IMG/VR virus record: IMGVR_UViG_3300025876_000006 | Span: 1 to 64,000 of that record | DNA from: a virus | Direction: 5' to 3' (one strand) | DNA length: 64,000 nt | Part shown: positions 1 through 6,994 of the stretch, one piece after another | How positions within the stretch are numbered: position 1 is the first letter of the stretch | Layout of the letters: each line of letters opens with the position of its first letter | Position numbers and translations under genes: made by a program | Notes under the pieces: model-generated | What the model was told of the DNA's origin: nothing | The model's database searches: none | The model's input: only the letters and a program-made list of their open reading frames with translations

Positions 1-60
1 AAAAAGAAATCTACTAAAAAGAAATCTACTAAAAAGAAATCTACTAAAAAGAAATCTACT
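1..60 (+). repeat. 15-bp tandem repeat aaaaagaaatctact x4 (coding, KKKST x4)
   Basis: Four exact consecutive copies are visible at the window start. Confidence 0.95.
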
Positions 61-123
61 ACTAAAAAAGCCGCGGCTGAAAATAAAGTAGTTAAAAAGA
101 AAACCCCTAAAATGAATTTTTAA
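1..123 (+). CDS. 3' end of a lysine-rich (histone-H1-like composition) protein, 5'-truncated by the window
   Basis: Frame 1 reads (KKKST)x4 TKKAAAENKVVKKKTPKMNF then TAA at 121-123. A terminator hairpin follows. Confidence 0.5.
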   Translation, partial: KKKSTKKKSTKKKSTKKKSTTKKAAAENKVVKKKTPKMNF

Positions 124-146
124 TAGTTTTAGTAAATCTTTATTTT

Positions 147-178
147 AAATGCGGTGTAATAACCGCATTTTTTTGTTT
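147..178 (+). terminator. Rho-independent terminator
   Basis: 9-bp stem AAATGCGGT / ACCGCATTT with loop GTAATA, followed by TTTTGTTT. Confidence 0.8.
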
Positions 179-205
179 AAAAATTAAAGTTATATAAATA
201 ATTTT

Positions 206-583
206 ATGAGTGAAGCATCTGATACCGCTAAAAAGAATGCTAATTATATTAGTTTTGGTACTATTACATTTTTGATTGGTATATTAGTAGCATCTCTTAC
301 GATGTATACTTTTATGGAAGGACGAATCGCAAAAGAAGTTCAAGAGTCAATGAGACTAGCTCAGCTTGAGCAACAAGTTAAATCTGAGAATGAAGCCTCC
401 GCTGAAAGAAATAAAGCTCTGAAAGATCAAATCTGGGTAAGCGATCAAAATGTTAAAAGCCAACTATTGGATTTTTCAAATAGAATATCAACCTTAGAAG
501 CAAGAGTTTCATCATTCCCACAAGGAGCATTAGGATCTCCAATGCTTAAAAGCTTTAATGTTAAAGAAACTACTGACAAATGA
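206..583 (+). CDS. membrane-anchored coiled-coil protein, function unknown
   Basis: N-terminal TM segment ISFGTITFLIGILVASLTMYTF followed by a charged heptad-like region. Confidence 0.6.
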   Translation: MSEASDTAKKNANYISFGTITFLIGILVASLTMYTFMEGRIAKEVQESMRLAQLEQQVKSENEASAERNKALKDQIWVSDQNVKSQLLDFSNRISTLEARVSSFPQGALGSPMLKSFNVKETTDK

Positions 584-825
584 AATCATTTTTAATACTA
601 ATTTCTATACTATGTTTCGGTTTCATATTAACAGATACAGTACATGGTTATTACAATACTTTTAATAGTAATGGTCAAAATGTAAATATAAAGCTAGTTG
701 GGTATGACCCAGTTTGTAGATGTCCGATATATATTAAGTGGACCTTAGTCGGATATGACTATTATGGAAGACCTCTTTTTGCATGGCGCACGATGCCAAT
801 TATACATAAATGCCGTCGTCGGTAA
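580..825 (+). CDS. small secreted Cys/Tyr-rich protein
   Basis: ATGA overlap with the upstream gene. Signal-peptide-like FLILISILCFGFILT, several Cys, basic C-terminus. Confidence 0.55.
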   Translation: MKSFLILISILCFGFILTDTVHGYYNTFNSNGQNVNIKLVGYDPVCRCPIYIKWTLVGYDYYGRPLFAWRTMPIIHKCRRR

Positions 826-895
826 GTATAATATTCTGCTAAATATGCACAGATGCGTATTTTAGCCTAAAAATCTCTGTTTTTGGAGAGTTTGA

Positions 896-984
896 AACCC
901 TATATTCTACGGGGGTTCCAGAACAAAATGTGCATTTTGTGAATTATTTTATTTACAAATGCGCTATTTTATGGTATAATATAT
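896..984 (+). repeat. 89-bp promoter/operator-like cassette, copy 1 of 3
   Basis: Aligns without indels to 26638-26726 and 30715-30803. Order of elements: AACCCTATATTCTACGGGGGTT, inverted repeat ACAAAATG-TG-CATTTTGT (923-940), A/T tract, TTTACA, 17-nt spacer, TGGTATAAT. Confidence 0.9.
952..980 (+). promoter_or_regulatory. sigma70-type promoter TTTACA-17-TATAAT with TGn extended -10
   Basis: TTTACA at 952-957, TATAAT at 975-980, preceded by TGG. Confidence 0.75.
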
Positions 985-1024
985 CTACAAGGAAGGCACG
1001 AAACAAGCCAACCGCCACTACATT

Positions 1025-1222
1025 ATGATAAATCCAACTATTACATTTACCGCAACCGACTTCAAATTTGCTGAACAGCACGGTCTTACTCTCGATGATT
1101 TGGCCGCCTTTAAAGCGGAAATGCTGATTGAAGATGAACTGGAGCGCGAATTTATTTTGAAAAAGGAACGTGAAAAAATGGAAGAAAGCTTTTCGACAAT
1201 GGCCGTTTATCCCGCTTGGTAA
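1025..1222 (+). CDS. hypothetical small acidic protein (early-type)
   Basis: First ORF after cassette 1, behind a CA-rich leader with no SD. Confidence 0.6.
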   Translation: MINPTITFTATDFKFAEQHGLTLDDLAAFKAEMLIEDELEREFILKKEREKMEESFSTMAVYPAW

Positions 1223-1250
1223 TTACTAAAAATTTTAAAACTATTATATT

Positions 1251-1619
1251 ATGAAAAACGAAGACATTAATAAAGGTGACGCAGTTCGCCACATCGAGAC
1301 AGGTATGATTTATAAAGCTGAGTACTTCATTGCCGAAGTAAAGATATGGGTTGGGCACGAAGACAACGAATACGAAGCAGACGTGTTTTTCGAAGCTGCA
1401 GACGTTGAGCGCGTAAGTCACAATTTGAATGTAAGTGATAAAGTTCATTATGAAATTCCTGAAGAAGTTATGGATATTGTTGAAGGCCATATCATTACAA
1501 ATAAGCAATTGAAATGCCAACATAATCGCGAAATCCTTGATGAGATTATTGAAGACCTAATTCAATATAGGCTGACTCTGCCGACCGTTAATGATTTGGA
1601 AAGTGTAAATGTTCTCTAA
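1251..1619 (+). CDS. hypothetical protein
   Basis: ORF in a co-directional tight array. The antisense 1152-1523 ORF is judged a shadow. Confidence 0.6.
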   Translation: MKNEDINKGDAVRHIETGMIYKAEYFIAEVKIWVGHEDNEYEADVFFEAADVERVSHNLNVSDKVHYEIPEEVMDIVEGHIITNKQLKCQHNREILDEIIEDLIQYRLTLPTVNDLESVNVL

Positions 1620-1639
1620 ATTAACTAAACTAATATATT

Positions 1640-1921
1640 ATGAAAGTACTAATTGAAACGCAATACAAAGAATGGTATGGTTGTGAAGACCATGTAGGTG
1701 TCGAAGGCCATGGCCGATATAAGAATAAAGGTGGCATGGATTTTGTTGCCGAAGTAGACGAGCATGTTTTTTATTATGCCGATGAGTCTATTAGAGAAGC
1801 ATTTCACGCTAAGTATAATAAAGAAGGCAGTTGGAATCTTTGCGAGATTATTGATATCGTCCCTTTTTATCGCGAACCTGAGTTTATTACTCTTGATATT
1901 AAATCAAAAATTACAAACTAA
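1640..1921 (+). CDS. hypothetical protein
   Basis: ORF with ATG 20 nt after the upstream stop. Confidence 0.6.
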   Translation: MKVLIETQYKEWYGCEDHVGVEGHGRYKNKGGMDFVAEVDEHVFYYADESIREAFHAKYNKEGSWNLCEIIDIVPFYREPEFITLDIKSKITN

Positions 1922-1924
1922 ATT

Positions 1925-2131
1925 ATGACAATGGATATAAGTGAGCTGGTTAGCTTTAAAATTGATGTGGAAAAAATCAATATCGAAGAAGTAATGAAAC
2001 ATCGGTATAAGATTCTAAAAGCACGAAAGCTCACGCATGAGAAAATCGATTTAGAAGATTGGGATGATAAAGAAATGTGGGATGCCTTTAAAAAGAATCA
2101 GGCAAATAGTATATTACAAATTGAACTTTAA
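1925..2131 (+). CDS. hypothetical protein
   Basis: ORF packed 3 nt after the upstream stop. Confidence 0.55.
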   Translation: MTMDISELVSFKIDVEKINIEEVMKHRYKILKARKLTHEKIDLEDWDDKEMWDAFKKNQANSILQIEL

Positions 2132-2137
2132 ATTATT

Positions 2138-2485
2138 ATGGGATTAGATCAAACAGGATACACAAAGGATAAAGACGGCAATGAAATTGAATTGCAATAT
2201 TGGCGAAAGCATAATGCTCTTGAAGGCTGGATGGCTTCAATCTATGTTAATCATAAAGGTGGTAAGGAAAGTTTTAATTGTGTGGAAATTGAACTTATTG
2301 AAGATGAGATTGATATGCTGGAAGAAGCCGTTCTACTAAAGGAACTACCAGTCACCGCAGGTTTCTTTTTTGGATCCGATACATCACGAGATGAATATAA
2401 TTTTAGACAGGATTTAGAATTTATAGATAAAGCTCGTAAAGAGTTTAAAAAAGGTAATAAAATATACTATTCATCAAGCTGGTAA
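2138..2485 (+). CDS. hypothetical protein (N-terminus MGLDQTGY..WRKHNALEGWM)
   Basis: ORF only. The N-terminal motif looks like a recurrent phage family, but I cannot name it. Confidence 0.6.
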   Translation: MGLDQTGYTKDKDGNEIELQYWRKHNALEGWMASIYVNHKGGKESFNCVEIELIEDEIDMLEEAVLLKELPVTAGFFFGSDTSRDEYNFRQDLEFIDKARKEFKKGNKIYYSSSW

Positions 2486-2497
2486 AAATTTCGAACG

Positions 2498-2582
2498 TAA
2501 AGGCTACTACGTTACTGTAGTCTGTGGCTGGCTCCGGCTAAGAGTGATAGCGTAAGCAATGATTCACAGGGCAAACCTTTTA
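2498..2582 (+). ncRNA. candidate structured RNA in a G+C-rich intergenic patch
   Basis: Non-coding stretch visibly richer in G+C than its flanks. Possible closing helix TAAAGG/CCTTTA, internal helices ACTAC/GTAGT and GCTA/TAGC. No known class recognised. Confidence 0.2.
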
Positions 2583-2593
2583 AATAAAACACT

Positions 2594-2731
2594 ATGACAA
2601 CTTTACAAATTTTAATAACTTTAGGTTCTTGCCTAGTTTCTATATGGATTATCAGCTTAATTTGGTTTTTTATCGCTTTAGCATATGATATGTTAAAGGC
2701 TCAAGACGAAGATTATATTGATAAACCTTAA
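2594..2731 (+). CDS. 45-aa single-pass membrane protein
   Basis: Below the ORF-track cutoff. Translates to MTTLQILITLGSCLVSIWIISLIWFFIALAYDMLKAQDEDYIDKP. Confidence 0.45.
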   Translation: MTTLQILITLGSCLVSIWIISLIWFFIALAYDMLKAQDEDYIDKP

Positions 2732-2734
2732 CGT

Positions 2735-3163
2735 ATGAATCATATAGAAATAAATGGATCATCAAAAGATCGCAGAGAAATTGCTCAAAAGACGGTGGAT
2801 TGGTTTTTAAAGAAATATTTACCTCGTTATAAAACGTTAGATATTACTGTTGATATTATTGATTGCTATAAAACATCAAAAGCTTATGGCTATTGTGTAG
2901 CGATGGATGACAAACATCGGGAATTTAATATTGAGGTTGATAAAAGATTGCGTTTGTTTGATTTTGTGACTTCTCTTTGTCATGAATTGGTACATCTTAA
3001 ACAATACGCTAAATTTGAAATTAAAGATGTTTCTTTAAATAAAATTAAATGGAAAAAAACCATATTTAAAGATACAGTTAAATATGATGATATGCCTTGG
3101 GAAAAAGAAGCATATAAACTCGAAACCCAATTAGCCATTCAATGCTTTGAAGATTGTTTATAA
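2735..3163 (+). CDS. putative Zn-metallopeptidase-like protein (HExxH)
   Basis: HELVH motif in SLCHELVHLKQY. Family not identified. Confidence 0.5.
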   Translation: MNHIEINGSSKDRREIAQKTVDWFLKKYLPRYKTLDITVDIIDCYKTSKAYGYCVAMDDKHREFNIEVDKRLRLFDFVTSLCHELVHLKQYAKFEIKDVSLNKIKWKKTIFKDTVKYDDMPWEKEAYKLETQLAIQCFEDCL

Positions 3164-3180
3164 ATAGTTTTATATAAATA
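3159..3180 (+). promoter_or_regulatory. two tandem T4-type late promoter motifs TATAAATA inside a duplicated TATAAATAGTTTTATA unit
   Basis: TATAAATA at 3159-3166 and 3173-3180. The direct repeat is visible. Confidence 0.55.
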
Positions 3181-3243
3181 GTTTTATATTCGTTATGTTA
3201 CGACGGATATAAAACTAATAATAAACAATAATATATAAGCATA

Positions 3244-3582
3244 ATGAGCATATTAGAAAATCAAAGAAGTCCTGTTTTATCAAATGGGGAACGTTCTGCA
3301 AGGCAAGTTAAACGCGCCACTTCGCAGATGGCGTATCAATTAATTAGATCTTGGCATCACGGTTGGGACCTCGTTTGGTCTGCTGAAGATCCAGCGGCAG
3401 TTTTAGCCGAGATTGGAACTGACGCCGCCGAAATTTTTGAACTCAATGAAGAGCTGATTACATTTTTTGGTACCGCATTAGCCGGTCGTCGTCAAGAAGA
3501 CCTTGATGAGATTATGGCTAAAGTTGCATTAAAGCCGGCTACAGAAACCGCCGAAGATGGTTCTGTAACTATCGTAGAATAA
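3244..3582 (+). CDS. hypothetical protein (late-promoter driven, G+C-richer)
   Basis: ORF downstream of the tandem late motifs. Followed by hairpin GATAATGGG/CCCATTATC (3592-3625). Confidence 0.6.
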   Translation: MSILENQRSPVLSNGERSARQVKRATSQMAYQLIRSWHHGWDLVWSAEDPAAVLAEIGTDAAEIFELNEELITFFGTALAGRRQEDLDEIMAKVALKPATETAEDGSVTIVE

Positions 3583-3635
3583 ATATTATTTGATAATGGG
3601 CAGTATTATATACTATCCCATTATCATGCTTTAAT

Positions 3636-3989
3636 ATGCTTGATCAAATTTACCACTATAAGGCACACGTTGTTTATGTGTATGACGGAGATTCTGTTAC
3701 CGTTGATATTGACTTAGGGTTTAATACATGGATGAGAAATCAGAAGATTCGATTTTATGGAATTGACACGCCTGAACTTCGTGGTGAAGAAAGACAAGAT
3801 GGTTTAATAGCGCGCGATCGTTTGCGAGATTTAATTGATGATAAGGAAATTATTATTAAATCTTATAAAGATAAATCTGGAAAATATGGACGTTGGTTAG
3901 CAACAATATTCATTCAAAACGAAAACGGAGATTATACTAATATAAATGATCTACTATTAAATGAGGGCTTAGCTACAGTATATAAATAA
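3636..3989 (+). CDS. staphylococcal-nuclease-like (SNase/thermonuclease) domain protein
   Basis: VYDGDSVTVD...IRFYGIDTPELRGE...GRW matches the SNase catalytic pattern (D, D-x-P-E, R). Confidence 0.75.
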   Translation: MLDQIYHYKAHVVYVYDGDSVTVDIDLGFNTWMRNQKIRFYGIDTPELRGEERQDGLIARDRLRDLIDDKEIIIKSYKDKSGKYGRWLATIFIQNENGDYTNINDLLLNEGLATVYK

Positions 3990-4000
3990 ATATATAAATA
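3981..4000 (+). promoter_or_regulatory. two T4-type late promoter motifs TATAAATA
   Basis: TATAAATA at 3981-3988 and 3993-4000, just upstream of the ATG at 4010. Confidence 0.55.
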
Positions 4001-4009
4001 ATAATTAAT

Positions 4010-4312
4010 ATGGCAACACAAACAGTTACAGGTACAGGCGCAGATATTGAATCTGATGTTTATGGATATAGATCAGCAGAGTCAACTTTTGCTTTTTATG
4101 GAGATTTTGGTGGAGGCACTTTAACGGTAGAAGCTTCTTTTAATGGTACAGACACAATTCCGGTTTATATCACATTGAAAAAAGGTGATGGTACTATTTT
4201 AGAAATTACTGAAGATGAAATTCACACGCTTTCTTTGGGTAAATGCTTAATACGATATAGAGTAACTGGAGCAACGGCGGCAGTTGCCGTTAATATAGTA
4301 ATAAAAGATTAA
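4010..4312 (+). CDS. small beta-rich structural-type protein, first gene of fibre module
   Basis: ORF after the late motifs. G/T/V-rich composition. Confidence 0.55.
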   Translation: MATQTVTGTGADIESDVYGYRSAESTFAFYGDFGGGTLTVEASFNGTDTIPVYITLKKGDGTILEITEDEIHTLSLGKCLIRYRVTGATAAVAVNIVIKD

Positions 4313-4317
4313 TAATT

Positions 4318-4497
4318 ATGGTTAATAAACCAACAGTTTCTAGTGCTGTATCTGTATCTGCAGTAAAAGCCGTGGTAACATCGGTTGTAGATCATCTTCC
4401 AGCAGTATCACCAGTATTAATAAACGATGAATATCGTTCGCCAACTGGCTTTAAATATTTACAACCCGATGGAATTTCCATATACAAACAACCTTAA
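4318..4497 (+). CDS. 59-aa protein in fibre module
   Basis: Below the ORF-track cutoff. ATG 4318, TAA 4495-4497. Begins MVNKPTVSSAVSVSAVKAVVTSVV. Confidence 0.4.
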   Translation: MVNKPTVSSAVSVSAVKAVVTSVVDHLPAVSPVLINDEYRSPTGFKYLQPDGISIYKQP

Positions 4498-4510
4498 CAA
4501 ATAAAATATC

Positions 4511-6322
4511 ATGGCAAATGTAACCGTAACCACAGACATAGACAACCTTTTAAAGAGTGCTGACAATGCAGCAGCAAGGACAAACCTAGGAATTATTGAC
4601 CCGACTCTCGAATCAGTCACAACAAACGGAGCAACCACGCTAAACGATATTACTGTTGGCAAAATTGCCACAGCGCATCCAACTAATCCAGCAAACACCA
4701 ATATCGCCTCTGGTAGTAGCAGTGCGTCTATTGGAGGCACAGGTAACGTAGCAGCGGGAAATAGATCTGGAACTTTTGGGGGTAGAATAAACCAAGCAAA
4801 TGGAGTCGAATCTTCAGCCTTTGGAGGGACAAATCAAATTGTCCGAGGAAACGAGTCAGAAGGATTTGGAGGAACAAATATTACCCTAAACACAAAGTTC
4901 ACTAACACAGTAGGGGGAGCTAATCATGTGGTAGGTCTTGCATCCTCACTTGCTACTGACTCAGTAGCAAAGCACAGCCTTACATTAGGTGGGGAATCCT
5001 CAATAATTGAAAACGCAACCCATTCAGCTATTGTGGGGGGACAGTCAAATACAATTCAGACAGGGCATGATCGCTCTGTGATTTTAGGAGGCACGGGCAT
5101 CACAACCGATGCAGCGGATACGGCATACGTTTCCAAATTAAATATCAAGACAGAATTCAAATTGCCAACAGGAGCAACCGATGATTACGTCCTCACATCA
5201 GATGCAACTGGTGTAGGCACATGGCAATCAAAAACGAAAATTCAAGGTGTACAAACAACATCGGGCGTTCTTTCTTTTGACTATACAGCGGGAGAGATCG
5301 TAAAGACGATATTGACTGAAAGCGTAACTTCTATTGCAATCACAAATGCAGCAGAGGGAGATTCGGGGATGATAATTTTTTCGACTGACGGATCGGCTAC
5401 TTATTCCATGACAGTCGGCTCTCCTAACATAGTTATAAGTGGAGACCCTATTGACTTTGACAGCCTCACAGTCGGTGACGTCATAACTATGAAGTATTAT
5501 TACACTGGCACAGCTTTGTTACTTTATATTAGCGGTGACCAAGACCTTTCTGGACTGCAAGTGAAACCCGCTGAGGGAGCATTTGTTGATGGCGACAAAA
5601 CAGCACTTGACTCAGCTTTACAACCAGCAGACCCGACTCTTGATTCCGTTACAACTAACGGAGCGACCACGCTAAACAATATTAGTGTAGGCAGGATTGT
5701 AACTTTGCACCCTACTAATCCAGTCAACAACAACGTTGCCACGGGCAATCAAGCTTGCTCTATTGGAGGAGTTGTAAACGTAGTAAGCGGCAATCGCTCG
5801 GTAAATTATGGAGGGCGTGAAAATCAAGTCACTGGCAACGATAGCTCTGCGATTGGAGGCTTCGGTCAAATTGTGATTGGGCAAGAATCTGAAGGACTTG
5901 GGTCTACAGCCACAACTCTTAACACGAAATATACGAGTGCTGTTGGAACAATCAACAGCGTTGTAGGATTAGCCGGAGCGGGAACGGCATCAACAGCAAC
6001 AGCGCATTCATCGGTTCTTGGAGGCAATACAAACATAATCGAAAGCGCAACTGGAGCGGTCATAATTGGGGGAACTACAAACACAATTCAGACTGGGCAT
6101 GATCGCTCTGTAATATTAGGAGGCACGGGCACCGTAACCGATGCAGCGGATACAGCTTTTGCTCCAAGTCTGGATGTTCAGGGAACTGTATACATAAAAC
6201 AACGTGCAGCAGCAGACGTTAATAAGGCAGGAAAGTGCCAGTTATGGGTAGAAAATACCACCGGCGATTTATACCTAACACTACCTGACGGCACTAGTAA
6301 ACAAATCGCGTTTGTTGTATAA
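4511..6322 (+). CDS. tail-fibre/adhesin-like protein with internally duplicated ~190-aa module of Gly/Asn/Ser short repeats
   Basis: Module at about 4595-5150 recurs at about 5628-6185 (DPTL(E/D)SVTTNGATTLN...TGHDRSVILGGTG..TDAADTA). The GG.N....G..S repeats resemble YadA-head/fibre beta-structures. Confidence 0.65.
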   Translation: MANVTVTTDIDNLLKSADNAAARTNLGIIDPTLESVTTNGATTLNDITVGKIATAHPTNPANTNIASGSSSASIGGTGNVAAGNRSGTFGGRINQANGVESSAFGGTNQIVRGNESEGFGGTNITLNTKFTNTVGGANHVVGLASSLATDSVAKHSLTLGGESSIIENATHSAIVGGQSNTIQTGHDRSVILGGTGITTDAADTAYVSKLNIKTEFKLPTGATDDYVLTSDATGVGTWQSKTKIQGVQTTSGVLSFDYTAGEIVKTILTESVTSIAITNAAEGDSGMIIFSTDGSATYSMTVGSPNIVISGDPIDFDSLTVGDVITMKYYYTGTALLLYISGDQDLSGLQVKPAEGAFVDGDKTALDSALQPADPTLDSVTTNGATTLNNISVGRIVTLHPTNPVNNNVATGNQACSIGGVVNVVSGNRSVNYGGRENQVTGNDSSAIGGFGQIVIGQESEGLGSTATTLNTKYTSAVGTINSVVGLAGAGTASTATAHSSVLGGNTNIIESATGAVIIGGTTNTIQTGHDRSVILGGTGTVTDAADTAFAPSLDVQGTVYIKQRAAADVNKAGKCQLWVENTTGDLYLTLPDGTSKQIAFVV

Positions 6323-6441
6323 CGTTATTCAAGAGTGTTGCAATTCAATGTTGAATTGCTGATAGCGGTTCGAATTTAGTTCCAGTATATGGGATGTTTA
6401 TATTATGAACTATAATTAAGCAGATATATAATATATCGGTT

Positions 6442-6723
6442 ATGGAAACGGTAAATGTTTATTTAGATTGGAGTTGCGGAGGATGCGACGACTATTTAGA
6501 TGAAATTCAAAAGGGTTGTAAAGCTTTTCAATATGAATATACATTAACAACTTGTGATGTTGATCCTATCTTAGTTTTTAAAGAAGTTAGAAGACTAAGA
6601 GAAAAAGGAAACAATATTGAGCATTTACCAATCTTAGTAACAAAAAACAAATATGAAATGGAAAATGTATACGTTGGTATACTAGATATAACATCAATAC
6701 AAAACATACTAAAAGAATTATGA
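6442..6723 (+). CDS. thioredoxin/glutaredoxin-fold-like small protein (CxxC)
   Basis: WSCGGC motif near the N-terminus after a beta-strand-like VNVYL. About 90 aa, similar in size to phage NrdC/NrdH-type proteins. Confidence 0.45.
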   Translation: METVNVYLDWSCGGCDDYLDEIQKGCKAFQYEYTLTTCDVDPILVFKEVRRLREKGNNIEHLPILVTKNKYEMENVYVGILDITSIQNILKEL

Positions 6724-6992
6724 GTGAAGAAATAGTAAATAATTTTGCTACATTTGAAGATTTTGGTTTTACTGCGGTAAACGAAGAAGAATTGGATATT
6801 GTGACAAAAGCAACAACTGAAGCCAGCAGTGCACAGGAGCGTTTAGATAAAATGTTTGCTGCAATTAAACCTTTATTAGAAAATCTAGAAAAAGATAGCA
6901 GTAAGGATTACATTTATTGGCCAAACCGAATTGAAAAAATTAATCAATTCCAAGCATTCCTTGATAATATTTACAACGGAACATCTCAGTAA
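6720..6992 (+). CDS. hypothetical acidic protein
   Basis: ATGA overlap with the upstream gene. Confidence 0.55.
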   Translation: MSEEIVNNFATFEDFGFTAVNEEELDIVTKATTEASSAQERLDKMFAAIKPLLENLEKDSSKDYIYWPNRIEKINQFQAFLDNIYNGTSQ

Positions 6993-6994
6993 TT

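Noticed and set aside
4459-6084. Minus-strand ORFs inside the fibre gene (4459-4740, 5524-5748, 5672-5884, 5866-6084), and similar ones inside the tailspike gene (14789-15028, 15344-15571, 15749-16027)
   Set aside because: G+C-richer Gly/Ala/Thr-rich coding sequence generates stop-free antisense frames. These ORFs have no start context or promoter and are fully embedded in strong sense ORFs.
6340-6359. Hairpin GCAATTCAA-TG-TTGAATTGC after the fibre gene, considered as a terminator
   Set aside because: The stem is perfect but the apical loop is too small as drawn, and no T-run follows. It may still act as a weak terminator or processing site, but the support is insufficient to annotate it.
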